Source of the DNA: Amoeboradix gromovi X-113
Lineage: Eukaryota; Fungi; Sanchytriomycota
Direction: 5' to 3'
NCBI GenBank assembly: GCA_018985225.1
Contig: JADGIF010000034.1
Coordinates: 1 to 31,537, forward strand
DNA length: 31,537 nucleotides
The position numbers and the translations under genes were made by a program. The notes beneath the pieces are model-generated. The model was not told the DNA's origin. It did no database searches and worked only from the letters and a program-made list of their open reading frames with translations. Numbering within the stretch: position 1 is the stretch's first letter; every line of letters starts with the position of its first letter. Shown here one piece after another: positions 12,402-22,957 of this stretch.

Positions 12402-12437
12402 TAGAACCTTTTTAAACGTAGGGGCACAATTTGCAGA

Positions 12438-12755
12438 ATGCAGCTAGTTAGATTTGTTCAAAAACTCAAGAATGAAACGGTAGTTATAGAGCTAAAAGAC
12501 AACACAATAATTGAAGGTACCATACAGTCAGTCGATATATCCATGAATATACATTTGAAAACTGTGAAGAAAATCTATAAAAAAGAAACTTTTAATTTAG
12601 ATACTTTAACTGTCAGAGGAGCATCTATAAGATCCATTGTATTGCCGGATTCTTTGCCCCTGGACAATTTGCTAGTAGATGATACGCAATACTCTAAGAC
12701 GGGTAAGAACAAGGATTCGATGGTTAAGTTGAGGAAAAACCATAACATTAAGTAA
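12438..12755 (+). CDS. SMD1: Small nuclear ribonucleoprotein Sm D1
   Basis: [20 protein letters not shown]...MNIHLK...[24 protein letters not shown]; no RG-repeat tail. Confidence 0.95.
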   Translation: MQLVRFVQKLKNETVVIELKDNTIIEGTIQSVDISMNIHLKTVKKIYKKETFNLDTLTVRGASIRSIVLPDSLPLDNLLVDDTQYSKTGKNKDSMVKLRKNHNIK

Positions 12756-13022
12756 ATTTTATTACTAGATTTAAAAAATATAATCCTAATCCATCCTGCA
12801 AGTTTTCACTTCTATTTGAATTACTAAAATCAACGATGAATTCTAGACTGGCATGCAAAAAATAAGTACCAACTCTTGAACTTATATCAGTCACAGTCTT
12901 CACACCTCGTGGTGCCATGGCTGCCCTCGGGTTAGTGATGCTTGCAAAGCGAATGAGCCTTTGTATTGCAGCGGCAGTTAAGCCATCATTACGAGTAATC
13001 CTCATGGTAGAAAAGAACCGAC

Positions 13023-13420
13023 GGACACACGGTGCACCTAGTCAATGAGCAGCATTGGGCACACTATTTGGTACACTCTGTATCCTGCAGTTATACAGGT
13101 ACAGGGTAGGTGTTAGGAAAGGTCTTGCTCGGGAACAAAAGATGCGACGGTACAAGAAGATAGAAAGACGAAGATAAAAGAAAATAGCGCACGGTCTCGA
13201 TATAGAGGAAATTGCGTTGCTTATTTCAGAATATATGACAAAGAGGGATTATTCTTCACAGGAATGATTGCAAGTATAACGGCAAAACAACCCATATAAA
13301 TCCGCGTTTAAGCCAGCCTACCCACTGTGACGCAGTCGTCCACCATGATGTGAGTGCGTGTTACCAGAATCTTTAACTCATAAAAAGTCTAGTCAGTAAC
13401 AAAATAGTCCTAGATGGCGA
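13023..13420 (+). pseudogene. Decayed Fanzor/TnpB-like nuclease relic C (C-terminal part)
   Basis: One frame with internal stops: GHTVHLVNE ... SI*RKLRC ... HCDAVVHHDVSACYQNL, resembling RuvC-II, the zinc-finger region and the RD-x2-A-x2-N RuvC-III motif. Confidence 0.45.
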
Positions 13421-13547
13421 AGTGAAGGAATCTGGGGAAATGTCTTCTTACTTTAATAGTTTGTGGTAAATTATGACGCATTTCTACTTCAATGGCTCTA
13501 CATTTTTGAGACATTTGTTTTAAAACTTTCTCTAGTTCTTGTAGAGT

Positions 13548-14706
13548 ATGTCGCAAAAAATGATAACCTTCGCTAGGTCGTATTCTACAAAAATTTCATT
13601 CAATAAGGCACCGCCTGCAGAAGGCTTTATGGCAGGCTTAGATACATCTAATTTGATATTATCATCTGCAGCTTTATCAAAAAAGGTCTATCCTACTTCG
13701 AAATCATTTGCCAAAATGAACATGTGTCAAGCCATCACAAATGCGCTGGATATAGCCCTAGATACCGATGAAAAAGCTGCTATATTTGGCGAAGATGTCG
13801 CGTTTGGTGGTGTATTTCGCTGTACATTAAATCTAGCTCAAAAATACGGTAAGGACAGAGTTTTTAATACTCCACTAACTGAACAAGGTATTGCTGCATT
13901 TGGTATTGGGATGGCCGCTGTTGGTGCTACACCAATCGCTGAAATTCAGTTTGCTGACTATGTATTTCCTGCATTTGACCAGCTAGTGAATGAAGCTGCA
14001 AAGTACAGATACAGATCCGGTAATCAGTTCGATTGCGGCGGCCTAACTATTAGAATGCCATGCTCAGCTGTTGGACATGGTGGACATTATCATTCCCAAT
14101 CGGTGGAGTCTTATTTTATGCATGTCGCCGGTCTGAAAGTAGTGATTCCAAGATCCCCAAGTCAAGCAAAGGGTCTGTTACTAGCCTCCATCAAAGATAA
14201 GAATCCGGTGTTATTTTTAGAGCCTAAAATATTGTATCGCGCTGCTGTTGAGCATGTGCCAGAAGAAGATTATGTTTTACCTATTGGCAAAGCAGAAGTA
14301 ATAAAAAAAGGCAAAGATCTAACTATGATTGCATGGGGCTCCCAAATCTATGTTTGCGAACAGGCAATCAGAATGGCTGAAAAAGCCTTACCTGGAATAG
14401 ATATTGAACTTATTGATATTCGCACTTTGTCGCCTTGGGATTCTGCAACAGTGGAACAGGTATTTATTTTTAATCCAGTCTGTTATGAAAACTGGGAGAT
14501 GCATTGTATCCCACGAGGCACCATTGACAGTAGGTGCAGGGGCTGAGATTGCTGCTCATATTCAGGAAACATGTTTTCTTAACTTGGAAGCACCAATACA
14601 ACGCGTTACTGGCTGGGATACACCATTTCCGTTAGTGTTCGAAAAGTATTATGTCCCGAGTGCTATTCGTTGTTTTGATGCAATAAAAAGGGTTATGAAC
14701 TATTAG
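13548..14706 (+). CDS. BCKDHB: Branched-chain 2-oxoacid dehydrogenase E1 beta subunit, mitochondrial; exons 13548-14459, 14479-14706
   Basis: [48 protein letters not shown]. Confidence 0.96.
14460..14478 (+). other. 19-nt spliceosomal intron
   Basis: GTATTTATTTTTAATCCAG; joins TVEQ|SVMKTGR. Confidence 0.95.
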
Positions 14707-15194
14707 ATTTTATAAACAATAAAAGAATATACGTTTAATACAACTCTAATCTATCTTGTCTTCATTTTAACCCAAAAACACCTAATAAAAACATACTATA
14801 AATCAAGTAGAGCTATCTCTTTGGTAACTCAAAGTCTTGTATGACCAATATTCGGAAGTATTATTGCTTATTATAAATATTGGCACAGCTATAAGAACTA
14901 ATCAAGTTGTAAAATCATATTTTGGCACTTTGTAAACCTTTATGGAAAAAAGAGAGATTATAGGAATCACTCTTTTATAAATCATCTTGCATATTAACCA
15001 GAAGAGCTACTGAAAATGACGGGTCAGCTTCTTATTGTACGTCTTTCATGAAACCGAAACAAGTTGATATGAACAAGATCTATTTTCTTAAATTGTACGC
15101 TAAAATGACAATCGCTGCACAGGGAACTGGCGAAGCTGCTGTAAAATACATTGATACAAACAATGAGATTGCGTTTGAATAAATACCCATTTAC

Positions 15195-16548
15195 TTAATT
15201 ATGTGTCATATACTTTGGTGTAGAACTAAATTTGGCGTATTCTTTAATGACTTTGTTTACACTATCTAGGAAATCTTTTTCATTGGCAACTTTGCGTCTG
15301 CTTCGAATAGCAAACATTCCTGCCTCTGTACAAACACTTCTTAGTTCTGCACCTGTTGCATTTGGACACAATCTAGCAATTAAGTCAAATCTGATCCCCT
15401 TTTCCACACTCATTGACTTTGCATGAATCTTTAAAATGTTTGCTCGACCTTCTAAATCAGGTAAAGAGAACTCAATCTTTCTGTCTAATCTTCCGGGTCT
15501 CATTAATGCAGGGTCAAGGGTATCAGGTCTACATTATTTACAAGTACCTGTTAGTAGCCATTAACACTTTGATGTTACCACGCGGATCAAACCCATCTAA
15601 CTGGTTGATCAATTCCAACATGGTACGTTGAACCTCATTATCTCCTCCAGCACCATCATCCTGTCTAGCACCACCAATAGCATCTACCTCGTCAAAAAAT
15701 ATTATGCAAGCTTTTTTAGATCTGGCCATTTCAAATAACTCGCGAACCATTCGAGCTCCCTCACCAACATATTTCTGCACTAGTTCGCTACCAATAACTC
15801 TGATGAACGTAGCATCTGTTCTATTAGCAACAGCCCTAGCGCACAATGTTTTACCTGTACCCGGAGGCCCATATAGCAGCACACCCTTTGGTGGATCGAT
15901 ACCGAGCTTAGTAAATCTCTCAGGATATAACAACGGCGTTTCTACTACTTCTCTTAACTTCTCAATTTGTTCTTTACACCCGCCAACGTCTGCATACGTA
16001 ACATCTGGCTTCTCTTCAACCTGCATCATTGTGACTGATGGATCGATCTTTGGAGGAAGTGGAATCTGGATTTGGTATTTTGTACGATCAACACCAACAC
16101 GCATGCCCTCTTCAATATCTGTGGGAGCCACGCGATCAGCTAAACCAACAACGAACTTGGCGATTTGCTTAATATTGATGACATATTGATCTTCAAAATC
16201 AGCAGAAGTAGCTTGACCATTTGCTGGCTTCTCTTTGCGAATAATTTTAGTACATCTAGCTACTTGCAGAGGTTGCTCTTCTCCCAGTCTCTGCTTGTCA
16301 CCTTGAATATCCCATAAATGTGGAGGGGCTAGTCCTGTGTCTTGCTCTTTCAATCCCACCTTTTCATCAATTTTTTTTTGGATATCAATAAGATCTTGTT
16401 CCAGTTGTTTACAAATTGGATCATAGGCATTCTTTCCATAACGCTGCAGTATTTGAATATCTTGCTCATCTAGCGGTTTTATTTCATCTTTAGGTTCCTT
16501 ATTCTCAATTTTACTTTTGGAATACTTTTCCCAGTCCTCCTTTGCCAT
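15195..16548 (-). CDS. RPT1: 26S proteasome AAA-ATPase Rpt1 (PSMC2); exons 16548-15548, 15528-15195; 444 aa
   Basis: [54 protein letters not shown]. Confidence 0.98.
15529..15547 (-). other. 19-nt spliceosomal intron
   Basis: GTACTTGTAAATAATGTAG; removal restores ATNR|PDTLDPAL. Confidence 0.97.
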
Positions 16549-16699
16549 GTATGAAAAACTAAATCGAAATTAATTGACAAACCCACAAATCTTAGGTTTT
16601 AAAAGGCGCGCTAGTAGTGCAACATTATAGTTTCTTTTTAAAAGAGCGTTTTCACTTAACTCAATTAAAATAATTCATCTTTCTCCTTGATCCACTAGC

Positions 16700-17821
16700 A
16701 TGCTTTCCAAGTCGATCTCTGCACAAGCAGACTACTTTAAGCAATATTCTAATTTGTATTTTTGTAGACTGAACCAAGCCAAAATGAACTTGAAGGAATT
16801 GGATACATTAGAAAAAGTTTCTGACATAGTAAGGCACAACAGCGAAGAAGTTTGCGTACTGGGAACCGTTTTCCAGGACAAAAAGATTCATGACTATTCA
16901 AAGGTAGATGAACTGGAGTACTTGGATGTTTACTACCTGGAAGATGAATATTCACGGATTCTTCTTGACCGCAACAGCCACACATTGATTAGCGGAACAG
17001 TAATCGGTGTGCGTGGTACTGTCAAAAATGACACACTTGTGGTTAAAGAGATAGTTTATCCGTACGATCCTAAAAATGGCATTGCCAAAAAAGTTGAATT
17101 TGAGAAACCGTGGATACTGCTTGTAAGTGGAATGGAAATACAAAGCTCTGAAGATAGTATCAAATTAAGCGCGCTGTATCACTTACTAAGTGGCCATGAC
17201 ATCCAGTTTCCTGTAGAAATATTGCAAGAACTAGAAACAATCGCAATTGTTGGAAATAGTTTTCATGATTTAACCCAAGAAAGTATAGGAAATATGAATG
17301 ATTTTGTTGGAGAAATATCGCAGTATCATAACGTTTTATTAGTTCCGTCTAATAATGATCCTACAACGGTATCTTGGCCAAATAAGCCAATGCCGCCTCA
17401 TCTCTTCCCGAAGGCAACAAAGTCTGTTACCAGTGTGGAAAATCCTGCGCGCTTTGATTCCAATGGTTTAGAAATCATATTTTCGTCTGGTGATGCAGTA
17501 AACAAAATTCATTCGATTTTAAACATAAAAAGTCAAAATGTGAGCAAGGACGAAATCAAAAGGTTGTTGATTCAATGTAGACATTTGGCACCATGCTGTC
17601 CAGATACTTTGCCTTGTATACCTAGTTTTGAAGAGGATCCTTTGTACTTAACGAACATTCCTGATGTTTTATTTATTGGAAATCAAGCGAAAGAAGGAAT
17701 TTTGCAAGTAGGATCATGCACAGTTGTATCTATTCCATCGTTCAAGTCTACTGGAAAGGTTGTGTTGTACAATTTTGTAGAGAGAAGGTTACAAGTCATA
17801 GAATTCAATAAACAATTCTAA
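16700..17821 (+). CDS. POLD2: DNA polymerase delta small subunit (Pol31)
   Basis: KQYSNLYFCRL, YLEDEYSRI, HLAPCCPDTLPC, DPLYLTNIPDVLFIGNQ. Confidence 0.92.
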   Translation: MLSKSISAQADYFKQYSNLYFCRLNQAKMNLKELDTLEKVSDIVRHNSEEVCVLGTVFQDKKIHDYSKVDELEYLDVYYLEDEYSRILLDRNSHTLISGTVIGVRGTVKNDTLVVKEIVYPYDPKNGIAKKVEFEKPWILLVSGMEIQSSEDSIKLSALYHLLSGHDIQFPVEILQELETIAIVGNSFHDLTQESIGNMNDFVGEISQYHNVLLVPSNNDPTTVSWPNKPMPPHLFPKATKSVTSVENPARFDSNGLEIIFSSGDAVNKIHSILNIKSQNVSKDEIKRLLIQCRHLAPCCPDTLPCIPSFEEDPLYLTNIPDVLFIGNQAKEGILQVGSCTVVSIPSFKSTGKVVLYNFVERRLQVIEFNKQF

Positions 17822-18501
17822 TCCATGAACTCAGATTTACCTAGCTTAATATAAACAATTGACAAGAATGATCTATATTCATATCCATTTGCTTTTCTAA
17901 ACGCATTTAAACAATGGGCTTTGCTCTGGTTGTTTTGTTCATTTATCAATATTGGAATGTATTTGATTCCCTTCATAAGTTTTAGTCTTTTTCTAGTTTC
18001 ATACTTAGAGTTTGCATGTTTAAACACGTCTTGGCATACTTTTGTGACCTCTTTGAAGGAACTAAGGTTTTCGGATGTCACGTTATTACCTTTTAGCATT
18101 GAAGGTTCGGCTGCACTATTTTCCCAATTGCTGATCAGAAGTCGTATATCTACATCCAATGTAATGGGAGAATCCATTTGTACCTACCAAATGTGGAGAG
18201 ATGAACTAATGAAAACATCATTCAATTTAGGCCAATTAGCATCTTTCAAGTTTAATATTCTAGTTTCCTTGTATGCCAAGAATTTTCAAAGAAGCCCACC
18301 GTGACTGTTGCTCCGTTAAAATTGTTGTTCACACTTCCACTATACTGAGACCTTTAGAACATCTTGTAAATGGTCTAAGGATTTCATTGCGGGTGCTAAA
18401 GCGCATCTGATTCTTTCTGTAGAATAGCGAATTCTTTATCTCTTGTCAATATCATTAATTTTGGCATGATCATACGCAGGTAATTTGAAGGCAATTCTCA
18501 T
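17818..18501 (-). pseudogene. Disrupted reading frame of unknown origin
   Basis: The 119-aa ORF extends upstream through several stops and frameshifts toward an ATG at 18501; no consensus micro-intron repairs it. Confidence 0.25.
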
Positions 18502-18649
18502 ACAGGAAAAATGTCCTGGTTTTACTCAAATATAAAACTCTAGAAATAGCTTTTGAAGCCATAAAAATTCTTTTGATTGCAGTATATGATTTATTCATTT
18601 AAAGAATATATCTGAAATGAAGCGTTGAAATGTGATTTATATTTATTGT

Positions 18650-19096
18650 TTAACCCAAGTAATTGCTTACAAAAGCGTTGAGTACTAGCGCACATGCAAC
18701 GAACTCTGCAAATTCACTGGGATTTTCTGCATTTCTTAAATTGGCAACTAGTACAAAGCATCCAACAGAGTATATAAATGCCGCCAAAAAAGCATTGAAT
18801 GGAAATGATCCAAATAATGCACAATATCCAAAGAGTAAAACACCTGTCATTAAACAATATACCAAATAGGTGTCAAAGAACTGAGTCAACTTGTCTGTCG
18901 TAAAATAATAAGAATTGCTTTTGGGGCTATTAGATGACGTTTTTGAACTGCCTGGGCTATTAGATGACGTTTTTGAACTCTCTGGACTGTTAAGTGACGT
19001 TTTTGAACTGCCCGGGCTATTTGGACTGCCTGGGCTAGTCTTTTTGGATAACGATAACTCTCCAGAGTTGTTTTTTGACTTGGATTTCTTTGCCAT
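18650..19096 (-). CDS. OST2: Oligosaccharyltransferase subunit Ost2/DAD1 with an N-terminal Ser/Pro repeat expansion
   Basis: FDTYLVYCLMTGVLLFGYCALFGSFPFNAFLAAF...FAEFV...NYLG*. Confidence 0.93.
   Translation of the reverse strand: MAKKSKSKNNSGELSLSKKTSPGSPNSPGSSKTSLNSPESSKTSSNSPGSSKTSSNSPKSNSYYFTTDKLTQFFDTYLVYCLMTGVLLFGYCALFGSFPFNAFLAAFIYSVGCFVLVANLRNAENPSEFAEFVACALVLNAFVSNYLG
18924..19037. repeat. Coding 30-bp tandem repeat (3 copies plus a shorter variant) encoding SP(G/E)SSKTS(S/L)N
   Basis: Unit GGGCTATTAGATGACGTTTTTGAACTGCCT at 18924, with variants at 18954 and 18984. Confidence 0.95.
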
Positions 19097-19144
19097 ATGT
19101 TTTGAAAAATTTGCAAACTTTGTTACACTAATTTACTAATGCTT

Positions 19145-21471
19145 TTAAATTAATGCATGCTGCATATATAGCATTTTCCTCACCATAAAATATTCTCGGC
19201 TCAACACACCTTCAATCTGCAACGATCCGTCTTTTGACTTTTGAACCATTATTTTATCTTCTATTACTAAGCATCCTTTTATGAATGTGGACCTTAATCC
19301 GATGTCTTCTAAGCATTGCCTAAAATCGCTTAACCTAAAGTCTTTGGACAAGAACATATTCGGATATAAGTGATCGGTATCTTTGATTAGCTCTGCATCT
19401 AGTATGACATCATTGTTTGCATTTGTTGTCACTTTACCATATATATAGCTCAAATCATATGGATCTAACCTTTGGAACTTCAGTCTGTTCATCAGCGCAT
19501 CTGTAAGTTTTGTCTACATTATTTATAAAATACATTAACCACGTTACCTGCACTTGTAATCTCAATCCATTCATCTTTGTTGCATGCAACTATTTCTGCA
19601 GTCTTGACATCTGCCTTTATCTCTTCCATGTATCTGTTTGGACCATGTATCAATATCATTTTCTTCGGTTCTAGCTGTTGAAATATAGTGAGCATTGATT
19701 GTCCATCAGATAATCCCATTAGATCAACATAAAGCATGAAAAATTTTGCTCTAGTCTTTAATTCTCTCTTCTCTTGTTTACTCGGCACATATAACACTTC
19801 CTGTACGATTTCCTCCTCTTCATCTTCTAGAACAGTAGGAAGAATTGACTTGTTCTCATATTTAGAAGTGTCAATAATAATTCCGTATTCATCAAACTTC
19901 CTCTTACCTAACAGGGAGTCCTTAAAACTAATCGTAGGTATCCCTAGCGGATATTCTGTATAGGGAAACATCCTGTTGACATCCGAATCATATACCCAAA
20001 GATCGTGGGTTTTGCTGAAGTGCTCCAATTGGATATCTCTAAAATGTTCTTTTTTAACCACCAAGTCATCACTATCATCTTCCTCACTAGTGAGTTCTGT
20101 GATACTGGACTGATCATCAATTTCCATAGTATCTTCATCTGCCAAGTCCTCATTGGAGTTCTTGAGTTTCTTTCTCTTCTTCTTCTTTTCATGAGCTATT
20201 TGTTGCTGAAATACCAATTCTTCCCTTCTTTGCTGCTCTTCCTGATAATACTTCTGCAACTCGGCTCCCTCTAATGGTGTGTTGACGGTGTACTCGTAAT
20301 TAACATTAGCAACAACATGCCTTAACGCCATCTCGTCATAGTTTGTCTGCCCGTTAGACCAATTATCCATAAGTAATCTAGTAAATGAGTTCTCAGATGG
20401 CAAACTAGTCAGTATTATAGCTGAATCAGCTTGGACGTATCTAAATGCTAACTCTCTTCCAAATACGTCATTACAGTCTTTGTCTATTGTAACTACGACG
20501 TAAGGACCTCTAGGTAGCTTTTCGATATCTTCTATTACTTTCACAAATCTAAATTCAAATGGATGCTTACGGGTGGTAGCAAACTCACTTGAAAGGGCGT
20601 CACTGAAAGATTCCAACATACCCTTTCCATATTGAATCCATTTCTTTGCATTCTTAGCTAAGAAGAATAAAGGGTGCTTGCAGTATTGCTTTTTACGGAT
20701 GTCGTAATCCTGAGACCAGGCATTATCTAATATGTACAACACTTCGAAAAGCCTAGAAGTAGCATCAACAGGTAGCAATACGTTAGCTTTCTTTCTTAGC
20801 GCATTGATAACAGAATTAACCATTTTGGATTCCCGCTCTTTTTTGTTCCCTTCAGGATAGCTGAAGACATCTAAGTTGGTGATTAAGCAGGTGGGTTTGG
20901 AGAATATCTCGCTAACACTACCACCAGAGAACAAATCACTAGGGTTCAGAGTCTTTTCTCTTTTATGGTTGATATTGATACAATAGAGAAAATCATTAGC
21001 CATGAAAGAAATTTTATAAAAAGCACCTCCAGGAGAATGTGAAGAATTGTATGCAACTATTTCAATTTCACCAATTTTTACAGGCTGCATGTAAGAAACA
21101 TTAATGGCATTATGATAGCAATGTTCAATCTCTTTGATTAGTTCATCGCCGTCGTAATAATCCAAAAGAGCCATGCGACTGAAATAGAGGGTAGGCAGTG
21201 TGGCATAAATAGGACCAGTATATCCCAACTTTGATAACTTCGGAAGATCTTTTATGAAAGGCAATCCAGAATGAGATAGAACAACTGCGTCAATGCTTCT
21301 GCAGTCAAAGCCGTCCGGAAGTTTTCCAACATCTAATAAAATCTGCTTATGATCTATTTCCAACAAATAGCAAAACTCTTCCTCTATTACACCATCTGTG
21401 AGCGGTCCTGCCATTGCATTAAAACGAACAGACATTTCTTGTTTGTAAGTTTCTCCTTGAATTGCCGACAT
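19145..21471 (-). CDS. CPSF2: Cleavage and polyadenylation specificity factor subunit 2 (CPSF100/Cft2); exons 21471-19534, 19513-19145
   Basis: Inactive MBL/beta-CASP fold: CYLLEID, IDAVVLSH, VLLPVDATSR, MFPY..KFDEYG, GLSDGQS, IEGVLSREYFMVRKMLY. The start could be the second Met (MSVRF). Confidence 0.93.
19514..19533 (-). other. 20-nt spliceosomal intron
   Basis: GTATTTTATAAATAATGTAG; joins NVVN|TKLTDALMNRLKF. Confidence 0.92.
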
Positions 21472-21783
21472 TCTGCTTGCTTGCTACAGTTATTGTTGTC
21501 CAAGACACCAGAAACTTTTAACTAATAATACCAATTTAATCTTTTTTCTATCGGAAAATAAAAATTAGGACATGGAGTAAAGGTAATGGAACTTTTAAAG
21601 TGTTATCCTAATTATCGACTAGTTCCTCATAGTCTGACTACATCATTAAATATCTTTATCATAAAAACGGATTTACCCATGCTAAAGATTGCAACCAAAA
21701 ATGGACGAAGAGCAGCGAGAAACAAAAAAGAAATACAAAAAGCGATTCGGAAAAATCGTCAAGAGCAGAGCTGACTCTGTCAA

Positions 21784-22356
21784 ATGCAGCAAAAGCGTGG
21801 AATTGTGTTAAGACGCATAGTGTACAGGTCTGTAATAGACAAGTATTACTCTACGATAACGCGGGATGTACAGTGTGAAAACCAAGCACTTGCCCGAGCA
21901 AGTATTGTAGCATTGAATCCAGGCGTATGTACTTTCTAAGCGGCATATTCCATAGACTGATCAGTCACAATGTATGGACACGAATGTTGGAAAGTACTCA
22001 ATGGTCTTCATTTGCGTATAGCTCATACCAATAGATATATTGCAAATATTAGGAAATGCGGAAGATATACCTCGAAACCGAAATTGCAAAAGATCAGGAA
22101 TAGAATGAAGAAGAAAGCGTGGCTGTACCAAAGAATGGAAGAACTTACTACGACAGTGCATTTTGAGATGATAAAGTCTTTGCGTGAGTATCCAGTAATC
22201 TTGCTTACTAAATTTGCGACACAAGTAATGACGCAGAACTTACTAAAGATTCAAAAGAGAGAGATGCAGTCGCTTAGACACTACACTTTCAAGAAGAGAT
22301 TGTCGCATAAATGCAAGATATGCAACCAAAAATAGTTTATTACAAACGAGTAATAT
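21784..22356 (+). pseudogene. Fanzor2 (IS607-TnpB-like) nuclease pseudogene, relic E
   Basis: Single frame: KYYSTITRDVQCENQALARASIVALNPGVCTF*AAYS (RuvC-I, ALDPGVRTF type, D changed to N) ... VHFEMIKSLREYPVILLTKFATQVM ... MQSLRHYTFKKRLSHKC ... *FITNE*Y (RuvC-II); four in-frame stops; zinc finger and RuvC-III missing. Confidence 0.85.
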
Positions 22357-22450
22357 CATTCGTTGAAAACTCAAACAATATTAAATTTCAACGTGATGAT
22401 TTGAATACAATTGAAACCGTCATTTTAAGAAAAAATGAAAATGTGATAAT

Positions 22451-22883
22451 GTGACACCAAATATAAAAACTAGACCAAGTCTTTTTTAAAGGAGGTGCTC
22501 TATAACGAGGATATACTATCATTAATAAAAGTCCCTCTTTCATTAATGTCATTCTTCTCTTTAAAATATAACAAGATGGCCCACTATCTCTTTCAAATAT
22601 ACAAGGTCTCTGAGTGTAAGCAAAGGGTGCATTATCTACTACTTACCACTATTATCTTCCTTTTTCTTTTTCTTTTTCTTCTTACCGCCTTTCATATAGC
22701 TTATTTTTTGTTTTCTCTTCTTATTAGTCGTTGTTTCTAAGATTTTGATGGATGAAAGCTTTTATACTAAAATAATTTACTTGAACCTGTCAGATTAATT
22801 TAATTTACTATCGGCTAATACACACTTGCATAATGATTTAAACTATTTCAGATAGTTAGTCCAGTTTTTATATTTGATGTCCC
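22451..22883 (+). mobile_element. MITE, full copy (~433 bp)
   Basis: Left end GTGACACCAAATATAAAAACTAGAC, right end GTCCAGTTTTTATATTTGATGTCCC; collinear with 6624-7060. Confidence 0.92.
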
Positions 22884-22957
22884 TTATGTTCATAACATTG
22901 TTGTTGTGCGAAAAGCAGTAAAATTGTTTTTAAAACCTTTATTTTGCTAGTTGGTTT

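Noticed and set aside
15704-16189. Antisense ORFs (also 1195-1461, 9408-9668, 10135-10461, 26874-27200 and similar)
   Set aside because: Shadow frames of conserved genes with no recognisable motifs.
1149-16548. Functional cluster of proteasome or RNA-processing genes
   Set aside because: RPT3 and RPT1 are ~13 kb apart among unrelated genes, which is unremarkable in a small genome rich in housekeeping genes.
18924-19037. CRISPR-like array
   Set aside because: Head-to-tail repeats with no spacers, in frame within OST2, in a eukaryotic context.
21586-21774. 62-aa basic ORF as an independent gene or Fanzor2 N-terminus
   Set aside because: No recognisable motif and it is separated by a stop from the relic; cannot be assigned.
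22495-22740. Hydrophobic 81-aa ORF
   Set aside because: Lies inside the MITE, starts at GTG, arises from T-rich sequence and is not preserved in the other copy.
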